DNA from: Phaeosaccion multiseriatum
Lineage: Eukaryota > Protista > Ochrophyta, other classes
Assembly: GCA_965112735.1 (NCBI GenBank)
Contig: OZ218958.1
Span: forward strand, 310,001-374,000
Length of the DNA: 64,000 nucleotides
Reading direction: 5' to 3'
This document shows positions 53,047-64,000 of the stretch, piece by piece. The position numbers and the translations under genes were made by a program. Under the pieces are notes generated by a model. The model searched no databases and was not told the DNA's origin. It was given only the letters and a program-made list of their open reading frames with translations. Numbering within the stretch: position 1 is the stretch's first letter; each line of letters begins with the position of its first letter.

Positions 53047-53855
53047 CCCCCTTGACGACGCTGGGGCAGGCTGGGGCTGGGACCAGGCTGTGGGTCAGTT
53101 TCAGTTTCAAGTTCAGTGCATGCTCTCATAAAGTAGGCTGGATGTCGCGCAAACAAATCATCCGAGTATGTCAAAGGCTGCGGCGGACGGCTGCGCTTTT
53201 CCCTGGCGTACAATCAGCTCCGTCGCCACAGCTGCGGCTTTGAAGCGTGGCCTGCCTCCCTTGCCCCAGAGGAGATGTGCCGTCTCCTCCCCCAGCCGGC
53301 TTCCCTGCGGCACCTGCACCTACCCTGTCAAGACACCAGTTGTAAGCTTCGTAGCTCCAGCCACAGCAGGAGTCCGTCGAAGGCCTTCGTTCACGCGTCT
53401 GCCCTGTGGGAGGCCTCCGTGGGTATCGTGGGGAGGGCCCGTCCCCAGGGGGGCTTTGATAACCTCAGCGACTCAAGAGAGAAGGAAGAGGATGGACTTG
53501 AATTGGACGCACGTCTCCGTGGGGACACTCCGAGAGACTTGAGAGCGAGCCAATTTCTTTTGTATGACTACGTAGTATTATTATCCTGACACCCTATACC
53601 CTTTGGAAGGAGGATGCATGCCGGGATGGAGACATGAAACACACAAGACCCCCCCCTCCCCAGACGTCAAGCGGCGGTGGAAGGGGTCTAATTAAAACCG
53701 GAAGGGGCCTAATAAAATAAATAATGTAACAAAACAAGTGTTCTACCTCACTCACTCGACACACATTGATGACACTCGACAGTAGAAGGGCCTATACTTT
53801 GGCGACTAAATTAATAATTAAAAATGTCAAGCCTGAAAGACACACGGTGGGGGGG

Positions 53856-54866
53856 GGAATGATCTCGGCGATGAGGTCCGCGCCGCTGAGCGTGTCACCA
53901 TCCGCTACTGCCAGACTCGTCACCTTCCCGTCGACGGGACTGGTGACAAGGGCGCGAAGCGGGGGGGACGGGGGGCAGCGAGAGGACGCTGGCGTGAGAA
54001 TAAGCAACGAGGGGTGTGACAGACACGCTTCGACACAAGGACAGGAAAGGGGACATGAGTTTAATACCAAAATTCAAACTCAAAGCGGGACCAGAGGAGG
54101 CTTCCTCAACATATCTGCGCGACCTGTATCTGTTGCCGTGTTTAGCAACCTCTTCTCTTGCTTCTCTGTCACAATGCCAACCCATCCCAGCACACACACA
54201 CACACACACACACCCACGCACGCACGCACGCACGCACCTGCTCACCGACGTCTCCATCTTCTCCCACCGCCACCTTCACGCCCACCACCACTCCGGGCAT
54301 TGGGGCTCCCACTGACCCAATCCTCTGCGAGTGTCGTGTGCAGACAGATGTGCAGACAGGCGTAGGTAGGTACACAGGTATGGGCAGATGAGAGATCCAT
54401 GCAGTTGAGACATGGGAAGGAGGGTCAGGGGTGGAAGGGTGATAAGCGCCACCGGAGTGCTGGGGCAGATTGGGGTACAACCGTCCCAACCCCAAACAAC
54501 GAAAGAAAGTGCAGCCCCTTGGCGTTATCCTCTCTATCGCTACCTACTTCACTCACGCTGACATCGGCCTTGGGTCTGACAACGGTATCACCCGCAACGC
54601 TGTCGTCCTTCACCATCAGGATGCGATTTTGCCCGTTCATCGTGAACGACACCTGCGGGACAAGAGAGCAAAGAGCAGAGGCAGGCGGACCCAACGAGAG
54701 AAGGATAGAACACACACGCACACGCGCACACACACACAGACACACACAATGGTGAGTGTTTGAGTTACTGCAGGAGGAGTGTCCTTGCAGGCACGTTTTT
54801 ACGTTATCTCAGCACCTGTGGTACAGCAGGCGCAACAACGACGACGACAACAACAACAACAAAACC

Positions 54867-54942
<76 letters not shown>

Positions 54943-55367
54943 GGGGAGGGGCGAAGTCAGAGATGGGCCATTAAACCCGATTCAAGGGACACGAGGTCCG
55001 CTCTGCTCCACCTTTCCCCTTCCTCTCCCGATTCCCATACATCTCTCACGACAGACTGCCCCCGTCCCCGTCTCTCCCCAAACATGCCAGCCCGCCCACC
55101 CACCTCGTCTCAGCAGCATCTGGCAGGGGATATTGGGGGCAGCCTCCCTCATCTTGGCGAGCCGGTCCCACGGACACTCCTTCAGGAAGCGCATGGACAC
55201 GTCGAAGATCGGGTGAGGTCGACAGAGGTCGGGCGCGGTTGAGGGAGGTCGAGCGAGGTCGAACGAGGTGGAGAGAGAGGGGGGGGATGTCGCGAATATC
55301 ATGCACAGATGCAGCATGCAGCTTTTCCTCCTGCTCACCTGTCCCCGAAGAGCATTTCCTTGCAGAG

Positions 55368-55398
<31 letters not shown>

Positions 55399-55541
55399 TG
55401 GGCCGCCCTCCATGTATGGGAAGCTCTCGCTCAGGCGTGGGGCTGAAGCAGCACCTTAGCGCCAGCTGTGCCATGCACTCCCATCTTGGGCTGAAGGGAA
55501 GGTGCGGGTGCACTTCAATGCCTGCTTCGCACAGCCGGCCA
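53856..55541 (-). pseudogene. Pyruvate carboxylase relic with large internal deletions
   Basis: [33 protein letters not shown] (carboxyltransferase, ~55108-55210), VSFTMNGQNR..PKAD (~54566-54650), VGAPMPGVVV and VTSPVDGKV..GDTLSGADL (biotinyl domain). Biotin carboxylase domain and AMKM motif absent. Confidence 0.8.
54834..54941. repeat. (AAC)n microsatellite
   Basis: Directly visible. Confidence 0.95.
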
Positions 55542-55716
55542 TGATCCGAGTAGCTCCCCTCCTGCCCCACTTCTTGCCATGACAAGTCCGGCGCATTGGA
55601 TCGGACGCCTCGCTCTTTCATTCTCTCTGTGTCCGCGAGAGCGAGAACGTGCAAACCTCGCACTGCAGGGGGCTGTTGGAGTGCGCAATCTAGAGAGAAA
55701 GCGAACAACTCTCTCT

Positions 55717-56366
55717 CTACTCGGGGCTTCCTTTTCTCTCACGGTCTCTCCCTCCGGTGTTCGCCTTCCCGGCTTCTCCTGATGCCCCGACTCCTTGTCG
55801 ACGTAGGAAACGCTTTTAAAAGGAGATGGACCAAGGGAGAGGAGCAGTCAGCAGGTAAAACAAGACGTAAGTGGCCGAACACATTGATCCAGAACCCGCC
55901 ACAACTTCCGGCACTACATAGAACGAAACCCACCTCCAGCTTATCGTTCCTCTCTGCGACTCCTGGGTTACTACTGGACTGCTTCAAGTCCTTGGTGTTC
56001 ATCTCTGCCTTTTTCATGGTCCAGTTCATGATTCCATAGCCCGCCAGCAGCGGGATGCAGAAGTACACAAACCCCATCACCCGCTGACCCCGTGCAGAGA
56101 GAGGTATGCGGTAATTGTGAATACGGTGCTTCAGACGCTCATGCCTAGCGGTGAGACGGGAGGGGAGTAGTAGAGGCAGTAGCGCAGCCACACAGCCAGC
56201 AGAAGCGCCGAGGGGATAAGGGAGAGCGAGAGGGAGAGAAAAGCAGCGAGAGGGAGAGGGAGACAGACACAGAGAGAGAGGAGGGGTATTAGCACAAATA
56301 AGGATGAGGCGGGGGACACAAATCTTCTTACCCCAACGCCAGTCGATCCAATAAGTTCATGGTCAT
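55717..56366 (-). CDS. Small single-TM uncharacterised protein, 3 exons
   Basis: Exons ~56366-56332, 56144-55934, 55778-55717 in compatible phase. HERLKHRIHNYRIPLSARGQRVMGFVYFCIPLLAGYGIM. Confidence 0.6.
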
Positions 56367-56594
56367 CTTGTCAGCAAGGTCGAGTTTGGTGAAGGGGGGT
56401 CGTCGCCAGAGTATGAACACCAACTGATGATCACCAACTGGTGTGGAAAACTGGAACTCATGCTGATCGGGTCGGGGGGGGCGCAGGTCACGTGAGACTC
56501 TCTTTGCGTGGCGGGCTGAGCTCTTCTGCTCTCCCCATGAACTCGTAGGGGAGAAAGATAGTGGGGAACAGGAGGGAGCGACAGGCGAACGTCC

Positions 56595-59500
56595 ATGGGG
56601 GCGCAACAATCGTTTCCCCGTGGCACGGGCGCCGCTAACGGCTCAAGAAGCAATCAAGACGGGGTTCTCCACAACATTGGCCCTTTGCTGAGGGAGACGC
56701 AGGTCTTCGCCAAATGTGAGTGGGAGACCAGCCACATGGGATTTCGCCGCTATGCATCCGTGCATTTTGCTGCATTTGTGGTATTAATCCTCCTCGCTTA
56801 TCCTGTTGACTTGTCCACGCCAGGGACGATACACGACGTTCGCCAGCTCTACAAACGCTTCAAAGGGCAGGTGTTTGGCTTTTCTCTGGTGGAGCCACAG
56901 TTTGAATGCGTCGTGAGCTTCAAGGAGGGCCTGGAGAAGGAAGTCGGTGTCTCGCTGCACGCGCTCTTCAACATCCTCGACAATGATAATGATGGCAGGA
57001 TCGACGGCCTGGAGTTGCTGGGCGGCCTTGCGCTGTGCTGCACGGGGTCCTTTGAGGAGAAGACGCGCCTGTGCTTTGAGCTTTACGACTTTAACCTGAA
57101 CGCCTCTCTGTCCCGGAGCGAGCTGGTCATGATGATGCAGAGCTCCGTGTGTGGTATGCTCGTGCTGACGGGGATGATGGAGGAGCACGAGCCCCCGTTA
57201 GAGTATTTTGAGATGCTGGCCGCAGAGGTAAGGAGAAGCGAAGCTGGTGCGGTCTTCAAGACGGTCAGGCGGGCGTGGCCGGATGACCCATTGGAATGAC
57301 GAAAATATGGCGCACCCCTCCTCAGGCTTCCAGGCCCGTTATGTGATTGACCTTCTCCTCATTTCCTTCGCCCCCCCCCCCCCCAACCTTTCTTCTCCCT
57401 CCCTTCCGTCCTCCCGTTGGCTTGTCACTGTAATGCAGGCTGTTAAGAAGGTGGGCAGCGCAGACCAGCAGTCCATCGGATACGAGGGCTTTGTGGACTG
57501 GGCTCGCTCCAACAGAGAGATGATGACTTGCCTGGAGAGGGTCAGTCAGGCCACTCGCATGCCTCACGAAGACACTGACAGGTATATGAGCCAAGGGGGG
57601 GGGGGGGGGGCAGGTGTTTTATTGCGCTGAAGTCGCTGCGCCTCACTCGTCGCTGAGCGCAAGTCTTGCGTGTACTGACGTGATCCACCCCTTCTCTTTT
57701 GAGCCTCGCAACCCTTCTGCTTCCTTGCTCACCCAACTGAACCCTCTCTCTTTAATCCTTTCGTGCCCGCCTTTGCCGATCCTTGGAACGGCTCCGTCAC
57801 CTGCTCCCGTGCTTCTCAGCGAGGACTGCGCAAGCGAGGCGAGCGAAGACGGTCCAGACAGCGACTTGGAGGCCGAGCTCAGGAGTGCGGGGAAGGAGCT
57901 GGAGCCAGACGCCAAGCTCGTGAATGCGCATTACGGTGGCGGTAGCAGCTACAAACAGCAGCAGGAACAGCAGCAGCAGCAGCGGCGGCGGCAGCGACTC
58001 GACGGCAGCGGCAGCGGGCAGCACCGGACCACGAAAGGTGCTCAACGCGAGAGCTTGGCCCCGTTCAGAGGCCCAGGAGGCGGCGGGGATGAGTTCATGG
58101 CGGTGAGGCCGTGGCTAGGAACCATTGTCGAGCCCACAGGATACGTGCCTGAAAAGAAGAATGCCGGGGAGGCTCCCGACAGTAACCTCCACTTGGCATG
58201 GGTGAACGGATATCGTGCCCAGGACTGCCGCAACAATGTGCTCTACCTCAACAGCTCGGAACCCCATATGGCGGGAGGAATCGTGTACCCAGCGGCGGCT
58301 TTGGGTATCGTGTATGACCCTGTGACCCACACGCAGCGCTACTACCAGGGCCACACAGATGACGTCATCTCCATCGCGATTCATCCGGATGGAGTCTTGG
58401 TGGCCACCGGACAAGTGGGAAAGACTCCAGCCATTCACGTGTGGGACAGCACATCCCTCGAATGCCAGGTGGGTGAGGGCCCTGCGAACAAAGCAATGAA
58501 TGTTTCCATTTGCTGATCGTCGAAGAGTGTACGGCTTTCTCCTCTCGTTTGCTGCTGCCGCCGCCGCCGCTCAAACCGAGCCTTGGGCCCTTCCCACCCC
58601 GCCGTCTCTCGCTTTGCTTCACCTCATTCAGGTCAGTATCAGCGGCTTCCATCGGCGAGGAGTGTCACTGCTGTGCTTCAGTCCGGACGGAGGGCGGTTG
58701 GCCAGCGTGGGTCTTGACAACGACCACTCTATCGCCATTCACGACTACTGGCGCTCGGGTAAGCTACTCGCCTCGGGAAAGGGTCACCCGAGGAAGCTTC
58801 TCGGTCTGGCCTTCAGTCCCGACGGAAAGACAATTGTTGCGGTCGGGGTCAAAGTTGTGCGCTTCTTTACTGTGGAAGGGCGGAGTCTCAAAGGCCGCAA
58901 TGCTACTGTCGGCCGCAAGGGCCAGATGCAGACCTTTCTGTGCGTGTGCTTCATCGGGAACGACGCTATTGTCGGCTGTGCCTCCGGTGAGCTGTACCGC
59001 TTCTCTGGGCAGAAGCTCGTGCAAGTGATACAGGCACACGGAGTCAAGGAAGCTGTACTTGCCATGGCACCCTCGCCGGCCACAGGCGGCATCATCACGG
59101 GAGGGAGGGACAACATGGTCCACACATTCGACAGCTCACTCAAAGCGGTGGGGCCATCCGTCGACCTGGCCGAGGACCTGGACGGGGACGGCAAGGCGGA
59201 CTATGAGAGCTGCTGTCCGTCGGTGGTGAGTGTGTGCGCAGGTCATCGAAAGCTGCTGGTGGGGACGCGAGGGAGTGAGATTTTCGAAGTCCAAATGCCC
59301 CAGGGGGTCACGGAGCAGCAGCCTCGAGTACGACGCTTGCTTGCAGGGCATTACGCGGGCGAGGTGTGGGGGCTCGATGCTCACCCCCACAAGGCCGAGT
59401 ACGCATCTGCGGGTGACGACAAGACCATCCGCCTGTGGAGCTTGCGCAGGAGGGACCAGATTCTCATGCGCGACTTGCCTGAAGCGGCTCGGACGGTGAC

Positions 59501-62029
59501 ATACTCCCCCGACGGTCGGTACCTGGCCCTGGGCATGAACAATGGGGCAGTTGCCGTGCTGAGGAGCAGCGATTTGGCGACGGTTTCGGCCTGGCGCCAC
59601 TGCAAACGAGCCGTGTCGGTGATACGCTATTCTCCGGATGGCTCCGTGTTGGCTGTGGGGGGGCACGACACCAACATTTATCTATACAGCATCGATCCGT
59701 CCATCGCCGGAGGAGGAGAGGAGCCGGGGGCGGGCGGAGGGGGCGAAGGAGGGAGGAGAGGCGGCGGACGCGGTGGTGCCGCCGAGACCCGGGGGGGTGG
59801 CGGAGCGGTGAGAGGCCGACACGTAGCTGCCCCCGGGGGGGGGTCGATGCTGGGCGGACGCGGCAGCAGGAGCGCAGGCGCAAGCCTTGGCGGTGGCGGG
59901 CACAAAGTGCCTGGTGTCAGGGGAAATTCAAAACGACGGGGGATGGGGGTGGGGGGCACTGCCAGAGTCGGAAGTGCGGGAGCAGGGCTGGGACGGGAGG
60001 CAGGCGGGGAGGGGACCAACACCAGGGGGGGCGCAAGGAAGGCGTTTGCTCGCCGCGCCGTCTGTCGCGGACACAGCAGCTACATTACGCACATGGACTT
60101 CTCCGCCGATGGCAAGGTGCTTCAGAGCAACTGTGGGGCCTACGAGCTCTTGTTTTGGGACACAGTGGGCAATCAGATTCGATCTGCCTCGTCGCTCAGA
60201 GATGTGCATTGGGCCTCGTGGACGTGCACCCTGGGTTGGCCCGTGCAAGGTGAGAAGAAGAGGAGAGGGGGGCGGCTCCGAGTCGAGGCCCCAAGGCAGG
60301 AGAGGACATGGGGAGGGGGTGCCGATCTCGAGAAAGCGCAGCACTGAACGAGCTTTCCGTCGTTTCGCATGTACTTCCACGAATGTGGGCGGCAACCTTT
60401 CCTTCCTTCCTTCCTTCCTTCCTTCCTTCCTTCCTTCCTTCCTTCCTTCCTTCCTTCCTTCCTTCCTTCCTACACCTCCTTCAATTACTTACCTGCTTAC
60501 ATGTGTTCTTTTATAGGTATTTGGCCCACTTGCTCGGATGGTACCGACATTAATGCCGTCGACAGAGACATCGCAGCGGTAAGTCAAGGAAAAGACGTCC
60601 GGAGCGCTCCAGCGTATATGTGAATGAGAGATCGAAGGGCAGTCCGTCTCGGAAACACTAACGGGGGGCATGGGGTTGATGGGAAGAAAGCATGCCTTCG
60701 CCCCATGAGATGACTTTACCTTGCCGAAGTACTGGGTCGGGCTTTTTTTGTTTTGACCCTCTTCCAGATAAGAGGGAGGAAGGGAAGCCTGACGAGACGA
60801 AACTGAAACTGGAACTCGCCCCACCTTGTTTTCCCGCCCCCTCTCGCCCACCCTCTCTCCACCGACGATGTGATTGGAATGCATCGCTACTGCATGGGAG
60901 CAGGGCGTACTCGCTACGGGAGACGACATGTCCGGAGTCAACCTCTTTCGATACCCATGCGCGAGCAAGGCGCCTCTGAAACTGTCATACAAGGGGCACA
61001 GCAGCCACGTCACCAACGTACGATTTAGCAGCGACCATCGCTTCCTCCTCTCCACGGGCGGGGGGGATCGGTGCGTCTTTCAGTGGAGGCATGAGTTGGA
61101 GGACTACGAGAGCACGGACGAGGAGGAGGGCGACGATGACGACGACGACGATGAGGAGGACGGAGAGGCTGGGCAACACAGCAACAAGGTAAGCGCGGGC
61201 GGGCCAGAAGAGTATGGCAGATGCAGATCGGTAGATAGTGTGATTTCCTCACCCACTCCAACGTGCTCACTGCTCACTGCTCACTGCGGGCAGCAGGTCA
61301 AAAGTGACGGGCTTTGACTGACCTTGCTGGCTGCAAGCCTGCCTCGACTCGACATCTTCTCTCTGCTTTATGCACACACATACCGCACTGGTCCTGCTTA
61401 CTTACTTTGCTTCGCTTGCCCACCCAAACAGCCAACAACTGCGTCGCCGCCGGACCTCCCTGCCTCCTCCCGCCCTTGGCTGGACCAGTCCGACTTGCTC
61501 CTTCTGGGGCACCAAGGAGGGGTGCGCGCGTCAAGCGGAGGCCCTGTTCAGTCGGCAAGGGGCGGCGGCGGGGATGAGTTCATGGCTTTCAAGCCGTGGG
61601 TCGGAGTCATCGTGGAGCCCACCGCCCACGCCCGTGGAGAGGGCTTACATAGTAAGTGGAGAGGGCTTGCTTCTCGCATTGGGCTGCTTTCTTCTCTTTT
61701 TCTTTCGAGCTTCACTAAACGCCTCGAAGAGCGTTGTGTGTTGTTGTGCGGAGGCGCCCTTGTGCTTTTGCTCCACCCCTTGCCCTCCCATTGATCTTCT
61801 TCGCCCCCTGTGCACTCTCCTCTTGTCTCCACCCCCTTCCACCCCGCCCCCCCCTCTACAGGCGGGAGCACTGACGTGGACCTGGAGCTGTCTTGGGTTT
61901 ACGGCTATCGCTCACAGGACTGCAGGAACAACCTCTTCTACTCCGCCGGACTGGACGTCGTGTACCACGCAGCGGCGTTAGGGGTGGTGTACAGGAAGGC
62001 AAGAGGCGAGCAGATCTTTCAGCAGGTAC

Positions 62030-62066
<37 letters not shown>

Positions 62067-64000
62067 GCGTGTGTGTACAATATGTGTGTGTCCTCTGTCG
62101 GTCGGTTGCGGAGGTTGGACTGTGCTTTTTCTCTATCGCCGTCGCAGCGCGGCCGGGGAAGGAGTGAGTCATGCTCCAATTTCGTTTCGCAGAAGATACC
62201 GCAACCCAGCCATAAGTACCCACATGTGCGGGGCTCTTTTTAATCTCCAATGGCTCTGCTGCTCTGCTGCTCTTTTGCTCTTTTGCTCTCGCTTCTCCCC
62301 AAACCGTATCCAAACACGTGTACTTATATGTGTACTTACGTATGACAGGGGGCGCACACGGATGACATCATCTCCATGGCCATGCACCCCTCGGGGCGGA
62401 TTGTCGCCACGGGAGAAGTCGGCAAAGCACCCAAGATTGTGCTGTGGGACACAGACACGTGCGAGAGTCTCGGCGTGCTGCAGGGCTTCCACAAGAGAGG
62501 GGTGTGTCTGCTGGCCTTCAACGAGGCGGGCGATTACCTGGTCAGTATTGGGCTGGACGACTCCCACTCGATGGCGATTTATCATTGGCAGCAGCGCAGA
62601 TTGGTCACTGTCTGTAGTACAGACAAAGGCAAGGTGCTCGGGCTTTGCTCTCTCCCCCCTCCTGGCCGTCTTGGAACGCCGCCAGCAAGGGGGAGGGGGC
62701 CCAGCAGCGGCGCAAGCGCTACTAGCACAGGCCGCTTCGTGACGTGTGGTAAAAACCACATGAAGTTTTGGGACTTGTCCGGACAGAATCTCAAGTGTCA
62801 AAAAGCGGTGTGGGGGAGGGGGAAGAGTAAGAGGGGGGCGACGAAACGAGCGTCCACCGGCGGAGGGAAAGGCTGCCATCGTCAGACGACTGTGGTGGTG
62901 GTGTGCTTCATGGGCGAAGCATGGTCTGGCGGACTGGACGGGTCCCTGGTGGAGTGGAAAGGGCACCGCGCTGTGGGGCACGTGGATACAGAGAACATTC
63001 ATCGAGGCGTCACCATCAATGCCCTCAGCGCCACAGCCGACGGGGGCGAAGGGCCGTTCTTGGTGTCAGGAGACAAAGCCGGGCTGGTGGTGGTATGGCA
63101 GTATGGGGAGGAGCACGGCAGCGTGGTGCCAAAGTTTGTGGCTCACTCTCGCCAATTCTCGCCCTCTCCACCTCCGAGACCTGGGGCCCGCAGTGGGCAG
63201 CTTCGAAACGCAATCAGAGCGGTTCACCTGCGCAACGGATCCGTGCTCGTTGGCACGCAAGGAAGTGAGATTTACGAGATTCTCGTGGACAACATGGAGG
63301 AGTACCATGAACGCGCGGACTACTACCACTACCACGACGACGACATCGCAGAGGACGCAGAGCTGCCCTCCTCGTCCTCGTCCTCCTCCTCCTCCTCCTC
63401 CTCCTACTCGGGCCGGCCCTTCAAAGGTGGAGCAAGGGGAAGCATCGAAGCCCAGCAGATTATGGGGGGGCATTTCAAGGGCGAGGTGTGGGGCTTGGCG
63501 GTTCATCCCTCCACCAACGAGTTCGCCACCGCCGGAGACGACGCTACTGTTCGGCGATGGAGCCTGGGGAGTGGTGGTGGTGGTGGTGGAGGAGGAGGAG
63601 GGGGCGCTGGCTCTGTATCGCCAACTCGTGCTGCTAGTGCGGAGGCTGCTGCTGCTGCTACTGGTGGTGCCAGGACGGGGGCCTCTTCCTTTGGCTGGCC
63701 CAGTAGCAGGGGCGTGGGCAATACCATGGGGCAGCTTGCTTGTGTCTCGCTCCATACCAAGGCTCGTGCGGTCGCATACTCGGCCAATGGAGCGCACCTC
63801 GCTGTGGCTCTGAGCAGTGGAAACGTGCTCATCCTCCTGAGCTCCCTCGAGGGCGGTACAGAGGAGGGCCCTGACGGCGCCGTTCGGGAGTACCTGGACG
63901 GGGTGGTGGCACAGCTGAAGGAGCCCTCACAGTGGGCCCAAGAGCTCAAGTACTCGAAGGACGGCAGCACGCTTGCTGTGGGTAGTCACGACGGCAAGAT
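56595..64000 (+). CDS. EF-hand + EML (echinoderm microtubule-associated protein-like, EML5/6-type) HELP/WD40 protein, runs off the window end
   Basis: MGAQQS myristoylation-like start. EF loops DNDNDGRIDGLE and DFNLNASLSRSE. Two HELP motifs (LAWVNGYRAQDCRNN, LSWVYGYRSQDCRNN), plus GHSSYITHMDFS, WASWTCTLGWPVQGIW, GHSSHVTNVRF. Exons ~56595-56715, 56824-57227, 57439-57581, 57820-58468, 58632-60249, 60518-60579, 60904-61188, (uncertain ~61400-61640), 61861-62026, 62350-end. Confidence 0.9.

Noticed and set aside
53050-53590. Short overlapping ORFs after the TPR gene
   Set aside because: No recognisable motif or coherent exon structure.

Overview
This is GC-rich, intron-rich eukaryotic nuclear DNA. 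An ASAFAP-type bipartite plastid presequence points to a photosynthetic stramenopile (ochrophyte). Introns are packed with microsatellites, so most short ORFs in the track are low-complexity artefacts. Genes I could splice by eye: a secreted unknown protein (partial), a plastid EF-hand+Tic20 protein, an uncharacterised type-I membrane protein, a CPW-type ankyrin-like repeat protein, an ankyrin+BTB gene with one frameshift, a 5'-truncated MerA/LPD-like disulfide oxidoreductase, an intronless FNIP-repeat protein, endonuclease V, a low-complexity protein with a ~124-unit (GGA)n tract, UDP-glucuronate 4-epimerase, a PX + CYLD-like deubiquitinase, a multi-pass membrane protein, an IQ/TPR protein, a small single-TM protein and an EF-hand/EML WD40 protein (partial). 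Decayed elements: an intronless ankyrin pseudogene, a Ty3/Gypsy chromovirus remnant and a heavily deleted pyruvate carboxylase relic. The two most striking features are (i) a ~1.9-kb spacerless but diverged palindrome (47137-49038) made of two tail-to-tail GIY-YIG-like nuclease pseudogenes with an apparent gene-conversion tract, and (ii) a 114-bp FNIP repeat array whose variation concentrates in one di-residue per 19-aa half-repeat. All calls come from motif recognition without database searches, and exon boundaries are manual.
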